DNA from: a virus
Lineage: Duplodnaviria > Heunggongvirae > Uroviricota > Caudoviricetes
Direction: 5' to 3' (one strand)
Virus record (IMG/VR): IMGVR_UViG_3300034157_000066
Length of the DNA: 64,000 nt
The position numbers and the translations under genes were made by a program. How positions within the stretch are numbered: position 1 is the stretch's first letter; each line of letters opens with the position of its first letter. Under the pieces are notes generated by a model. That model worked only from the letters and a program-made list of their open reading frames with translations. It searched no databases and was not told the origin of the DNA. Below, one piece after another: positions 19,565-29,492 of this stretch.

Positions 19565-20176
19565 TCAAAGCTTCCCGGTATATTTCAACAACAACGTGCT
19601 CCTAATCCCCAGAATAGCCTCATTACAAGCAATCTGACCTATTTCAATCATGTGCATGGCTTCTTCACTGGTAAACACACCAACTTCGATATCTTCGTCA
19701 TCAATCCCATAGGCTTTTGACTGGTCGATGTCACTGGCACTGAACGCACACAGAAAGTGGTGATGTTTTTCACTCGATGAGCCAGCACTGGTATACCCGG
19801 AGCCTAGATCGATCAAATTGCTTTCGTTGACAATCACACCCGCTTCTTCGTTGGCTTCTTTGGCTGCAGTTTGTCGAGGTGTTTCTCTGATATCATTCTT
19901 GATGTCAATATGACCAGCTACCACACTCCAGAGATATGGGTTGGTATCATATTCGTTCACAGCAGCACCCGGCCTGAACTGACGGATTAACAGGAATGAA
20001 TCTTTATCCTTATCATACAGCGTTAGGCAGACAGCATCGGCCTTTTTGACGATCAGGAAATTCAACTCACCACGATCACCTTTGAACTTTTCAAATTCAA
20101 AATGGCGAAATCCCACTTGCATGAAGGGATAATTGATTTCAATCTTTTCGTTCAGTAATTTATAGGGTCTGTTCAT
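19565..20176 (-). CDS. Nudix hydrolase, NudF/NudK (NDP-sugar/ADP-ribose pyrophosphatase)-like
   Basis: LLIRQFRP; AG..E.P..AAKEANEEAG; YTSAG..SE; EDIEV; GGAG SD before ATG 20176. Confidence 0.85.
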   Translation of the reverse strand: MNRPYKLLNEKIEINYPFMQVGFRHFEFEKFKGDRGELNFLIVKKADAVCLTLYDKDKDSFLLIRQFRPGAAVNEYDTNPYLWSVVAGHIDIKNDIRETPRQTAAKEANEEAGVIVNESNLIDLGSGYTSAGSSSEKHHHFLCAFSASDIDQSKAYGIDDEDIEVGVFTSEEAMHMIEIGQIACNEAILGIRSTLLLKYTGKL

Positions 20177-20316
20177 GTTCGTCTCCATTTCTTGCAATAT
20201 TAACACAATATTAGTCGAAAATACATGAGTTATTTTAGTTATTTTACAAAAAAAATGTTTGAATGACGGCCTTGTTTTTGATAAAATACACACACATTCA
20301 AAGAACGAGGCACATC

Positions 20317-20577
20317 ATGTCATTTTCCAAAGAATACACCGAAGCTGAATTGAAATGGGCTGACCAGTACAAAGGTGCTGTCATCCAAAACATCAAATAC
20401 AGTGCTCCCAAGCACGCCCCGACCAATTTTCACTACTATGCCGAAATTCGTTTGGCAAATGGCGAACTGATGTTGGCTGCAACCTTGGATATGTGTGTTG
20501 AACGTCTTCAAGTTGTGGCTGAATGCCTCGCTTACTGGAAACACTTTTCGGAAGTGATTGATATTATCACTCCATAA
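20317..20577 (+). CDS. hypothetical protein
   Basis: GAGG SD. Confidence 0.7.
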   Translation: MSFSKEYTEAELKWADQYKGAVIQNIKYSAPKHAPTNFHYYAEIRLANGELMLAATLDMCVERLQVVAECLAYWKHFSEVIDIITP

Positions 20578-20712
20578 ACTACCCAGTTAATCAAACAAAC
20601 TCATTAAGCAGCTTCGGCTGCTTTTTTTTGTTTTTTTTATTCTATAATCTTGTTTTTTATGGCAGTTTTTGGTAAAATATACCCATCATAAAGACGAAGA
20701 AAGGTCATTATC

Positions 20713-21087
20713 ATGAGCATTACTTACAAGACGGCTGCAGGTAAAGCACAAATCATCGAATTTTGCCAGATTGCGAAAACCCATCGCTTGTGCATTCCGG
20801 GTTGGAACCTTATTTGTGATTTGAACTCGGTTGTTAATGGCTACACCGACCCAGTTGAAGTCGAAATCAGCCTTGCTTATGATGGTGACAAACCCATTGC
20901 CATCGCTTTGAAACATCACAAAGTGCTTCAATGTTTTGTTCGGGCCGCTTACCGCCGTAAAGGTGTCGGTTCGGAAGTCATTAAGCCTCATATGGATAAA
21001 CAGGTCAGAACCCTTTCAGGAACTGCTCACAGTAAGTCTTTTTGGCGAAAAAATGGAGTTGGTGTTGCTTATCAACCTATGGTATAA
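20713..21087 (+). CDS. GNAT-family acetyltransferase
   Basis: FVRAAYRRKGVGSEV acetyl-CoA motif A; SKSFWRKNG. Confidence 0.75.
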   Translation: MSITYKTAAGKAQIIEFCQIAKTHRLCIPGWNLICDLNSVVNGYTDPVEVEISLAYDGDKPIAIALKHHKVLQCFVRAAYRRKGVGSEVIKPHMDKQVRTLSGTAHSKSFWRKNGVGVAYQPMV

Positions 21088-21127
21088 TTACCACCTACAC
21101 TCATAGATAATACAAGGAAACAACTAC

Positions 21128-21319
21128 ATGATTTTTTACCTTGCACGCTTGATTATCCTCGCTGTTTTCATGTTCATTATTTCCATGTTTGGCTTGGCTG
21201 GATATGGCGTCTACAAGGCCAGTAATGGACTAGACTTCAATCACGGCCTCTCTGGGGTTGTTCATCATGTTTGGACAGGTAAACCACTTCCTGCCGATGA
21301 GATTACAGAGAATAAATAA
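21128..21319 (+). CDS. small membrane protein
   Basis: AAGGA SD, TM. Confidence 0.65.
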   Translation: MIFYLARLIILAVFMFIISMFGLAGYGVYKASNGLDFNHGLSGVVHHVWTGKPLPADEITENK

Positions 21320-21409
21320 AACCACTTTGTAAAAAATAAATAAAGACCGTCCTAGTGGCGGTTTTTGTTGTTATAAATAGGTTAACGTGGTATAATTATC
21401 ACTTAATCA

Positions 21410-21817
21410 ATGAGTGAGATCACTTTAATGACCATCAAATGTTTGGAGCTTTGTAGTTGGATGCACCCACATAAGCGTGGATTTGCAGACACTATCCGAC
21501 TGGGGCCATATACTGAAATCGAACCTAAACTGAATGTGCATGGTTGGTTTCTGCAGGGTGAAGAATGCTGGTTTGAAGTTGATGGTAAAGCCTATTCTTG
21601 CCCGCGTGATATGTTTGACTACAACATGAACATTTTGAATGCCCGTGAACTCTCTACATTGGAAGTCAATGCTCTCCAACAGATTGTTGAAGCTAAACTG
21701 GCGACCCCTGAACAACAGAAAATGTATGGGTTTCATCGACTTCATGGCAATAAATTCAACCCGCATACGGCTCGCCGTAAAAAACTTTTTAAAGACATGC
21801 GTAAAAAAATCAAATAA
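21410..21817 (+). CDS. hypothetical protein
   Basis: ORF between promoter and terminator; start uncertain. Confidence 0.65.
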   Translation: MSEITLMTIKCLELCSWMHPHKRGFADTIRLGPYTEIEPKLNVHGWFLQGEECWFEVDGKAYSCPRDMFDYNMNILNARELSTLEVNALQQIVEAKLATPEQQKMYGFHRLHGNKFNPHTARRKKLFKDMRKKIK

Positions 21818-21907
21818 GCACCAAATAATCACTATAAAAGGGCTTCGGCCCTTTCTTTTTGCTTGTGTGTTTGTTATAATAAAGTCCTATATTCAGAGAT
21901 TGTTCTC

Positions 21908-22387
21908 ATGAAAAAACCATTTTGGAAATCCTATTTCAGCGAACTGAAAACCATGTTCAGGCAGAACGTTTTGTTTATGTCGATACTGCTTGCTGTAGTC
22001 GTTACATCTCCGATTGGATACTCTTTCATGAGTTGGTATTCAACAGAAGTTCCGGCGACTCTCGTTGTTCATGATCCTGTTGCTTATCCCCACAAATATA
22101 AACAAAAAGTGGAATATCGGTACTACGCTACTTTTTACTTTCCAGACATACAAGCCAATAAAACAATTTCTGTTGCTGAACGAACGCATTTTCATGCACA
22201 GGCTGGTGATGTTTATTTGTTCTCTCGCAGTGATAAACTTCAAACTGGCCCCTACAACATCTATTCGTTTATAGCATTAATTCAATGTATTATTGCATTT
22301 ATGTTTGTCTGCGGATTGATTTGGTCTTTCTTTGAATTTACCAACACTTATTTCAGTGTTAAAAAGAAAGAAAGCACCTATCCATAA
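21908..22387 (+). CDS. two-TM protein with central beta-rich domain
   Basis: TM-soluble-TM topology. Confidence 0.7.
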   Translation: MKKPFWKSYFSELKTMFRQNVLFMSILLAVVVTSPIGYSFMSWYSTEVPATLVVHDPVAYPHKYKQKVEYRYYATFYFPDIQANKTISVAERTHFHAQAGDVYLFSRSDKLQTGPYNIYSFIALIQCIIAFMFVCGLIWSFFEFTNTYFSVKKKESTYP

Positions 22388-22476
22388 ACCAATTAAAATG
22401 TGATTTTTGTAGAAATCCATTGCAGGTCATCGTTCAGAATGGTATAATTACCCCATCAAGAGAAAAGGGGTTACAT

Positions 22477-22737
22477 ATGAACAAATTCATTATCGCCGTT
22501 GTTCTTTGCTTGTTCACTACCTTGGCTTCCGCTAGTGAACCAGTTCGGATTAAATATAATGGCAGTCGTGGTTGGGATGTTTCTTCCCCTATGTATCGTT
22601 CAACCACCAGTCAGGCAAAATCGAAGGTTCGTTACTACGAAAACCTTCCTAAAAAACAAGTAAAACAAGCTTTCCGTGACATGGACAGAAAAATAAATAC
22701 CAGTATTAATAAAAGCCTTAAAAAGATGTTTCGCTGA
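22477..22737 (+). CDS. small secreted basic protein
   Basis: Sec signal ..TLASA|SE. Confidence 0.7.
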   Translation: MNKFIIAVVLCLFTTLASASEPVRIKYNGSRGWDVSSPMYRSTTSQAKSKVRYYENLPKKQVKQAFRDMDRKINTSINKSLKKMFR

Positions 22738-22804
22738 CAGGCGGGTGTTGAATGTAAGTTGGTTGTTGTGTAAACTATGAATATAACCCAAGAGGATTCA
22801 AATC

Positions 22805-22924
22805 ATGAAAAATGAACTTGTTTCACTGGTTGTTTCTGCAAGTTGCATTCCATTCATCCTTCCAGCTTACATCGGATACCACATGTTCTTTGCTCGAAAT
22901 GATAAAGCACCAGTAAAACGCTAA
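22805..22924 (+). CDS. 39-aa membrane peptide
   Basis: AGAGGA SD; MKNELVSLVVSASCIPFILPAYIGYHMFF.. Confidence 0.5.
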   Translation: MKNELVSLVVSASCIPFILPAYIGYHMFFARNDKAPVKR

Positions 22925-23045
22925 GTCTCAACGGTAGATTAAAAAAGCCTAGATTAAAGAATTTAGGCTTTTTTATTTAAAATGAATACAATGTTCGTTT
23001 TTTGTTGTATAATAAGCCATAACTTTCTTATTGTAGGTAATTGTC

Positions 23046-23393
23046 ATGAGCACAGCACTTAAAATAGGCATTACTTTCGGCATTATCCTTATTCTTTTGT
23101 GCTTTACGATGCTGTTTCAAATATTTTCAGGCTCCTATCAGACCTACACCACGTCTGCCAGTCGAGTAGAAATTCTGAAATATGAACAGAGTGATAAAAG
23201 CGGGATCACTCGAGTTTTGTTGAAAAACCAAAATTCTGATGATTATTTCTTTGCTTCTGTTCCTGATAGTTGCAAATTTCTACCTATAAATTCTGTGGTT
23301 GATGTGACGGTTCAACGCCATGTTACACAGCTTTTGTGGTTTATTAACACTTACTCCATTCGCCTTGTTGAAGGTGATGTTTGCCAAAAATAG
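23046..23393 (+). CDS. single-TM exported protein
   Basis: N-terminal TM; similar terminators on both sides. Confidence 0.7.
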   Translation: MSTALKIGITFGIILILLCFTMLFQIFSGSYQTYTTSASRVEILKYEQSDKSGITRVLLKNQNSDDYFFASVPDSCKFLPINSVVDVTVQRHVTQLLWFINTYSIRLVEGDVCQK

Positions 23394-23494
23394 AACTCAA
23401 GACACTATAAAATAAGCCTATATTTCAAAATTTAGGTTTTTTTTTGTTTCAATTATGCTATAATAGCTTATTGAAATTACTAGGCTACAAGAAC

Positions 23495-24109
23495 ATGAAT
23501 GACGACAATATGTTGGAACTTGTTCACCCTCCTTATGTTTCCTATTTGGAAGCTGTCAAGAAAAACAAACTGGCTGATTTGACCATTCTCAATAGTTTGT
23601 GTTCCGACAATTTTGTTTATAATTTCCGTCAAAATTCCTTATTTCATAGAGAATGTCAGAAAGCGGGTGTTTATTCACTCGTTACGAAAACACTGGTTGA
23701 GAACCTTGCTGAACTTCTTAAAGGTAAATGTTGCCTTGAAGTTATGGCCGGTAGTGGTCGTTTAGCTCACCACTTGAATCAAGCGGGTGTGTCTGTTTTG
23801 GCAACCGATGACAATTCTTGGTCACTTAATGACCTTGAAGTAACGCAGATGTCAGGTTTAGACGCTGTTCGTCAATATTATGACCAGATGGACGTTCTCA
23901 TTCTCTGTTGGCCTCCTATGAACAGTGCCGCTTTCGAGATCATCAAGGCTTGGGGCACTGAAAAGCCTATTCTGGTGGGTGGTGAAATCGGTGGCTGTTG
24001 TGCAGATGAATTGTTCGATATTCACTTTAAAGGTGACTTTCTTGATGTGGGTAGCGTCTCATTTTCAGGCATACACGATTCATTCCAGTGGGGATACTTT
24101 AAACCATAA
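23495..24109 (+). CDS. SAM-dependent methyltransferase-like protein
   Basis: motif I LEVMAGSG; DVLILCWPP; GGE.GGC. Confidence 0.75.
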   Translation: MNDDNMLELVHPPYVSYLEAVKKNKLADLTILNSLCSDNFVYNFRQNSLFHRECQKAGVYSLVTKTLVENLAELLKGKCCLEVMAGSGRLAHHLNQAGVSVLATDDNSWSLNDLEVTQMSGLDAVRQYYDQMDVLILCWPPMNSAAFEIIKAWGTEKPILVGGEIGGCCADELFDIHFKGDFLDVGSVSFSGIHDSFQWGYFKP

Positions 24110-24159
24110 CTTTGGCTATTAAAACTAAGTTTTATATGATATTTAGTTCTTTATCTTGG

Positions 24160-24204
24160 GTTGACCTTCAAGATCGATAGCATTATAATATCGACACTTT
24201 GAAG
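24160..24204 (+). promoter_or_regulatory. promoter embedded in a hairpin that sequesters the SD of the hydrolase gene
   Basis: TTGACC-N17-TATAAT; CCTTCAA/TTGAAGG and TCGATA/TATCGA arms. Confidence 0.7.
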
Positions 24205-24217
24205 GAGATAGTAAGTT

Positions 24218-24715
24218 ATGATGCTTTTGAAAAACCTTACAATTCTACTGGCCCTTAGTGCCTCTACTGTTTTCGCTGCTGAAAAAGAGGCTGTTAGCCG
24301 TTGCGAATCGAATGATGAATGCTTGAAGTTGGCCGAGGTTCTTTACTTTGAAGCTCGGGGTGAAACCAAAGAAGGCATCATTGCTGTTGGTCAGGTAGTT
24401 CTTAACCGAACTGCTCGGGCTGGTGATACGATTGTCGCAGTTGTCGATAAAAAAGTGACTATCAAAAACAAGATCATTTGTCAGTTTTCATATGTCTGTG
24501 AGCTTCTTAATGGGAAGCCGAAGCGAATCAAAAATGACAAGTTGAAAGTTATCGCCCAAGGCTTGTTGGATAACAAATATCCAGATTACGCCAAAGGTGC
24601 TGACCATTTCTTTAACACGTCTATCGAAGCCCCTAGTTGGTCTAAGAACATGACGCACGTAAACTCTATCGGAAGTCATATGTTCTACGACTCAACCCGT
24701 GAAACAGACTCCTAA
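24218..24715 (+). CDS. cell wall hydrolase, SleB/Hydrolase_2 family
   Basis: LAEVLYFEARGE..AVGQVVLNR..CQFS..GADHFF..W..IGSHMFY; signal peptide. Confidence 0.9.
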   Translation: MMLLKNLTILLALSASTVFAAEKEAVSRCESNDECLKLAEVLYFEARGETKEGIIAVGQVVLNRTARAGDTIVAVVDKKVTIKNKIICQFSYVCELLNGKPKRIKNDKLKVIAQGLLDNKYPDYAKGADHFFNTSIEAPSWSKNMTHVNSIGSHMFYDSTRETDS

Positions 24716-24839
24716 TCCTGCTTAGCAATACTCTCAGCCCCTTTTGATTTCGGTCATTAGGGGCTTTTTTGTCACCTTAATTTATTGAATATTATCCGCT
24801 ATTCATGTATAATCTAAGTTCTTAATAGGAGTTCACCTT

Positions 24840-25085
24840 ATGCGAAGCCGCCGCTACTACATGCCCGCCATTGCACTTGCTGTAAGTTCGCAGAAAGGTT
24901 TTTCAAACGTTGAATCAACAGACGATTTGGTCAAACAACAACGAGAATATGAAGCGAATATCGGAAAGAAAAAATATCCATCCGATTGCTATCCTACAAT
25001 CCCCGAAGTTAATCTTTTCACTTCTCCTTATGAAAAACCTTACGGGAAATCGTTTCGACATTCTTTTATCGGAAAAGCCAAATAA
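24840..25085 (+). CDS. small protein, PYGK C-terminal family 1
   Basis: ends KPYGKSFRHSFIGKAK. Confidence 0.7.
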   Translation: MRSRRYYMPAIALAVSSQKGFSNVESTDDLVKQQREYEANIGKKKYPSDCYPTIPEVNLFTSPYEKPYGKSFRHSFIGKAK

Positions 25086-25104
25086 CCAGTGGAGACTTTA
25101 TTTC

Positions 25105-25323
25105 ATGTATGGTCATAATATCATTGTCCACGGAATTAGTAATGGTCGCTCTGGCGTTGGGGTGTTTGTTCGACGCCTATTGCCCATTCTTTTGATTACG
25201 GGTGATTTGGTTGTTGATCATGTTGTTCCTGACGAATTCAGCAAAAATAAAGGTGTTCAGCTTTCAATCAATCGACCTTACGGTAAAAAATATCGCAAGT
25301 CTTTTCTTGGTAAATCTAATTAA
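25105..25323 (+). CDS. small protein, PYGK C-terminal family 2
   Basis: GGAG SD; ends RPYGKKYRKSFLGKSN. Confidence 0.7.
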   Translation: MYGHNIIVHGISNGRSGVGVFVRRLLPILLITGDLVVDHVVPDEFSKNKGVQLSINRPYGKKYRKSFLGKSN

Positions 25324-25343
25324 TCAGTAGGAGATCTTTTTTC

Positions 25344-25565
25344 ATGTATCGTAAAGACATTATTGTTATTGGTGGTCTTGGTGGAGTTGGCTTAGGCCGG
25401 GTTATGCGAGCTAATTCCAACATCCCGATCATTTCTGGTGATTTTATCGTCACTCATCATGGTTTCGTTGATTATGTCGAACCGATTGTAATCAAGACCG
25501 ACAACCGCCTTTATTACCAGCAGTTTGATAAGCCTTATGGTAAAAATTATCGCCGGTCAAAATGA
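25344..25565 (+). CDS. small protein, PYGK C-terminal family 3
   Basis: AGGAG SD; ends KPYGKNYRRSK. Confidence 0.7.
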   Translation: MYRKDIIVIGGLGGVGLGRVMRANSNIPIISGDFIVTHHGFVDYVEPIVIKTDNRLYYQQFDKPYGKNYRRSK

Positions 25566-25634
25566 AGTTTTTCTATACAGGCTACTTTATGTTTGTTATA
25601 ATGGCTTCAATATTTGATAACAGGAGATAACACT

Positions 25635-25856
25635 ATGGGTTTGGCATTCGGTATTAGCGTTGATGACGTAGCTTCTGTTCTGGCTAGTTGCGGTGTTTCT
25701 CAGATCACAGAAGATGAATTGAACAACCTCTTTGAATCCCTTGATCAAGATCGCGTTGAAAAAGCTGCTCTGGCAGGTGATGATATGGATGAGCAAACTC
25801 ATTATGCTCACGCTGAAATTGCTGTTCAACTGAAAGAGCATGGGTTTCTTTCTTAA
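25635..25856 (+). CDS. small acidic protein
   Basis: AGGAG SD; about 15 D/E vs 3 K/R. Confidence 0.7.
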   Translation: MGLAFGISVDDVASVLASCGVSQITEDELNNLFESLDQDRVEKAALAGDDMDEQTHYAHAEIAVQLKEHGFLS

Positions 25857-25958
25857 TTTTTCATTTGTTACAAAAGAATAGGCTTCGGCCTATTTTTTTG
25901 TTTGATAAAATCTTCATTTTGTTGTATAATTTATTCCTAAACAAAGAGGGTAGCAATT

Positions 25959-26462
25959 ATGACAGTTTTCAAATACAATGTTGGCGATAAGGTGATTGAC
26001 CTTTCCAGCCTGTCTTTGTGGAATAATTCTAGCCACTTTTCTCAGTTTGAAAACGGCTTCGTAAAAACTGTCACCAGTGCGACTGCAGAACATTTTTCTG
26101 TCACTAGTTATGACGTGACAAAACCAATGAATTATGACGCCCACAATGATCGCTTTATCTTTAACCAAAAAGATGGCAGTTGCCGCGATTACACTCACTC
26201 CATTGATAATCACCTTTATCACTTCGTTCATGACCATGAGCGGGTTGTTGCCTTTGTCAAAAAGAAAATTGCCGAAGCTTTTGCAAAAGCGAATGAAGAT
26301 GATGACAAAGAAATTGCTTCTTTGGAAGCTCAAATTCGCAGCCTTCAAGCTCGGATTGAAAAAATCAAAGCGGGTGGACGTGAAGCCGTCTTTGGTAAAG
26401 TTCCACAGCACGAATTCTTGCAGAATCGTGAAAAATTCATTTTGACCAGTCTGGGTCTTTAA
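25959..26462 (+). CDS. hypothetical protein with coiled coil
   Basis: AGAGG SD. Confidence 0.75.
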   Translation: MTVFKYNVGDKVIDLSSLSLWNNSSHFSQFENGFVKTVTSATAEHFSVTSYDVTKPMNYDAHNDRFIFNQKDGSCRDYTHSIDNHLYHFVHDHERVVAFVKKKIAEAFAKANEDDDKEIASLEAQIRSLQARIEKIKAGGREAVFGKVPQHEFLQNREKFILTSLGL

Positions 26463-26484
26463 TCTTTTAACTGAGGTTTACAAC

Positions 26485-26745
26485 ATGTATCATATGACCA
26501 TAGGTGATGTGGCTGGTCTTACAGCTTGTGTTTTGTTTGTTGTTCTTATGATTGTTGTCCATAATCTTGGCGTAAAAGTTATGCGACCCGAGGCCGAAGA
26601 AAATAAAGAAGATTATTTGGCTCAAGGTTTTATATGGGGGCTTCGTATTATGATTGTAGGCTTTTCGCTTGTCCCCTTTGGCTTTTTCGCCTTTGTTTAC
26701 CTATCCAATCATCCACACGCTTTGGACTTTTTGATTTTTAAATAA
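26485..26745 (+). CDS. two-TM membrane protein
   Basis: GAGG SD, two TMs. Confidence 0.7.
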   Translation: MYHMTIGDVAGLTACVLFVVLMIVVHNLGVKVMRPEAEENKEDYLAQGFIWGLRIMIVGFSLVPFGFFAFVYLSNHPHALDFLIFK

Positions 26746-26818
26746 AAAACGGAGAAAAATGTTGTTTTCATCGGTAACCCTTGGTATAATTACCACACTA
26801 ACCCAGTGAGGCTCTACC

Positions 26819-27097
26819 ATGTCCCGTTATACTCGCAACGACCTTTACGCTGAACTCAACGAAGTTAACAAAAACTTGGCTGGCTCCGGCTACTATCTGG
26901 CTGCTCAAAGTCGTAATGGCTACACAGGTCTTGATGAATACCGTGGCGATGCCAGCGAAGGCCATGCAGGTAAATGTGTCCGCAACCTGAAATGTGGTAC
27001 ACCGCGTGAATGTATTCAGGCTGCTTATGACTACGAACCGCCTGAAGAAGCTCGCAGCTTGAACGGCACTCAAAAAAGCCCTTTCGGCCCGATGTAA
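26819..27097 (+). CDS. hypothetical protein
   Basis: GAGG SD, promoter, terminator. Confidence 0.75.
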   Translation: MSRYTRNDLYAELNEVNKNLAGSGYYLAAQSRNGYTGLDEYRGDASEGHAGKCVRNLKCGTPRECIQAAYDYEPPEEARSLNGTQKSPFGPM

Positions 27098-27224
27098 GCA
27101 AATCTTAAAACCAACTAAAAGGCCGTTATACGGTCTTTTTTTATTAAACAACATTTTCAGTAGTTTGGTTGTCTTAACCATTTAATTCTGCTATAATCGT
27201 TTTATTCATTTTGAGGTCATTCTA

Positions 27225-27563
27225 ATGACAGCCACCACTGAAAAAGCTTTTGCTTCAATCGTTTCTAATGTTGATAACGATGCTGTTTACAACATCACAG
27301 CCAAAGTGCTTGATACCAACATTATCAAGAAAATTCGCATTAAAAATGCAACCATTGATTCTGATGGCCCGATTGAAATCCTTTCCATTTTCGGCACCCA
27401 GTGGCATGAATGCCCCGATAAAGACAGATTGTCATTTGAACGATTTGACCGGGCGATCAGTGCTTACTTGATTGAAGTCACTAAGCATTGTCACCCCCTT
27501 GATCTTATGCGTCATCTGGCCGACAAAGGTTTCTCTTTCGAGTATTACCCAGACAGAATTTGA
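27225..27563 (+). CDS. hypothetical protein
   Basis: GAGG SD. Confidence 0.7.
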   Translation: MTATTEKAFASIVSNVDNDAVYNITAKVLDTNIIKKIRIKNATIDSDGPIEILSIFGTQWHECPDKDRLSFERFDRAISAYLIEVTKHCHPLDLMRHLADKGFSFEYYPDRI

Positions 27564-27637
27564 TTGTCTTTTTCTTTATTTTTTGCTATACTTCTAGTGT
27601 TGTATAATCTTCTACAACCATTCAATGTGAGGTGTGT

Positions 27638-27832
27638 ATGGCTGGTTACATTCATGACGATATCAAAGAAATTATGGATGAAGCTGCTGAAAATAAACGG
27701 CAGTCTGGTGGTAATGTTTCTTTACCATCCACAGAAGGTTGGAGTGACGACCAGTTGAAAGATTTGAATGTCATGATGCAGTATGCATGGAACCGTGGAT
27801 ACAAGTCTGCAGCAAAGGATTTTACCGAGTAG
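27638..27832 (+). CDS. hypothetical protein
   Basis: GAGG SD. Confidence 0.65.
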   Translation: MAGYIHDDIKEIMDEAAENKRQSGGNVSLPSTEGWSDDQLKDLNVMMQYAWNRGYKSAAKDFTE

Positions 27833-27947
27833 TCTTTATTTTTATTTGTGCCCAATTAGACCACCTTCTGGTGGTTTTTTCATGCCTTTTATTTCCCCTT
27901 TGACCTTTTTTGTGGTATAATGGCGTTATTCAAAAAGGGGTGCTTTT

Positions 27948-28556
27948 ATGAAAATTATCGAACATGAATCTGCACAGTATAAGCCAAGAACTGTACACAA
28001 TGCTCATACTGCAGATCTTACTGTCGCTTTCGCAGAAGACTTTACCTCGGCAGGTGAAAAACTTACCAAGCGTGAAGCTGGCAAACGGTATGTGGCTATC
28101 CCTTTGAGCACAGATCCCCTTGTTGCCGCTCGTATGCTCTATGCCGCGTGCAAAAAACACAATGTATCCACCTTGAACGTAGCGGGGAATGGTATCTATT
28201 CTCTGTCTGGCGAATGGGCACCGGGTCTGTTGACCAATGATCAAAAACTCAAAACCTTGGATGAAGCAAAACTTGTTAATGAATTTCAAGTGTCATTGAA
28301 CCAGTGGGTTTATATGGTTATTGCCAAAGTCCATGAGTTCTGGCCGCTGACTAACCTTATCTCAGGTGGTCAAACAGGTGCTGACTGGGCGGGTGGTATT
28401 GCTGGTGAAGCTATTGGCTTGAATGTGACGATGACATTCCCTAAACATTGCTTGCAACGTGATGAGCATCATAAAGACTTCACCCAGCCTGTTGAAATGG
28501 TTCAAAAGAAAGTTGATGCTTATTTGAACTATATTGATAGCTCGAAAAAACTCTAA
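27948..28556 (+). CDS. SLOG-superfamily protein (cpYpsA/MoCo-carrier-like motifs, permuted order)
   Basis: RT.HNA..AD.TVAF, TLNVAGN, LISGGQTGAD. Confidence 0.7.
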   Translation: MKIIEHESAQYKPRTVHNAHTADLTVAFAEDFTSAGEKLTKREAGKRYVAIPLSTDPLVAARMLYAACKKHNVSTLNVAGNGIYSLSGEWAPGLLTNDQKLKTLDEAKLVNEFQVSLNQWVYMVIAKVHEFWPLTNLISGGQTGADWAGGIAGEAIGLNVTMTFPKHCLQRDEHHKDFTQPVEMVQKKVDAYLNYIDSSKKL

Positions 28557-28644
28557 TACGTTATCAACCTAGATATAGACCACCTTCGGGTGGTTTTTTT
28601 GTTAAAAAACTGTTATACTTTATGAAATTATAGTAGAGGTTTCA

Positions 28645-28839
28645 ATGAAAACACGCATCCTAGAAGTTGAACGTAACAACGGCAAAAAGGCTTATATTTG
28701 TCAGTACAAATGGCTTTTCTGGTGGCGGCCATGTAATACCTATATCACTCATTTTCCAAGAGGCTCTTGCCGTGATGGTTATGCCAAAAGAGAATATGCC
28801 GAGGAACGCATTCGAGACTTTTTGGCCGGAGAGCCTTAA
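28645..28839 (+). CDS. hypothetical protein
   Basis: AGAGG SD; QYKWLFWW. Confidence 0.65.
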   Translation: MKTRILEVERNNGKKAYICQYKWLFWWRPCNTYITHFPRGSCRDGYAKREYAEERIRDFLAGEP

Positions 28840-28901
28840 AAAAGAGTTTTATTAAATCTGTATTTGATGTATAATTAACTCAAATCAAACGAGGCTATAC
28901 C

Positions 28902-29492
28902 ATGAACTCCCTTGAAAACCTGAATGCTCAACTCAAAGCCATTCATGAGCAACGTGCTCAAATCTTTGAGAAAATCAAGCCTCTTCAAGAACAAGCGTCT
29001 GTTCTCTACAGCCAGATTATAGAACTTAATGATGCCATCACTGTTGAAACACTGAAAACTGAACAGTCTGAACAAGACCGTTTTGATTTCTTGATGGCTG
29101 AAAGTGGTTCTGGTTCGGATATGATTCGGTATCGTGCGGCTGATACGCTTATTCGGTCAATGGGCCTTTACATGAGTGGTCACTGTCCATTCAGCCAGCA
29201 GCGTTCAGCAGATGTGTTTATTTTTAAGGCTGATGAAGATCGCAACACCCAGTCTATTGCATCTATCAAAAAATTGATAGAACTGTTCAAACCAATGGAC
29301 GACGATGGTAATAAATTGTTTCGTGTGTTCTGCGAAGATTACACTATTTTTTGTCATTCAGATGGAAAGTTCTCTCTTCGTGGATGTTACAACAAGAACC
29401 AAGAATTCGAAACGCTGGAAGCTTTGTTTACTTACTATGTCGCAACCTATCATTGTTACGACAGTAATGATAATGACAACAGCGACGATTGA
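28902..29492 (+). CDS. hypothetical protein with N-terminal coiled coil
   Basis: GAGG SD, terminator. Confidence 0.75.
   Translation: MNSLENLNAQLKAIHEQRAQIFEKIKPLQEQASVLYSQIIELNDAITVETLKTEQSEQDRFDFLMAESGSGSDMIRYRAADTLIRSMGLYMSGHCPFSQQRSADVFIFKADEDRNTQSIASIKKLIELFKPMDDDGNKLFRVFCEDYTIFCHSDGKFSLRGCYNKNQEFETLEALFTYYVATYHCYDSNDNDNSDD

Noticed and set aside
27107-27172. Long-range AACCAACTA/TAGTTTGGTT pairing around a terminator
   Set aside because: Imperfect, AT-rich, single instance; could be chance
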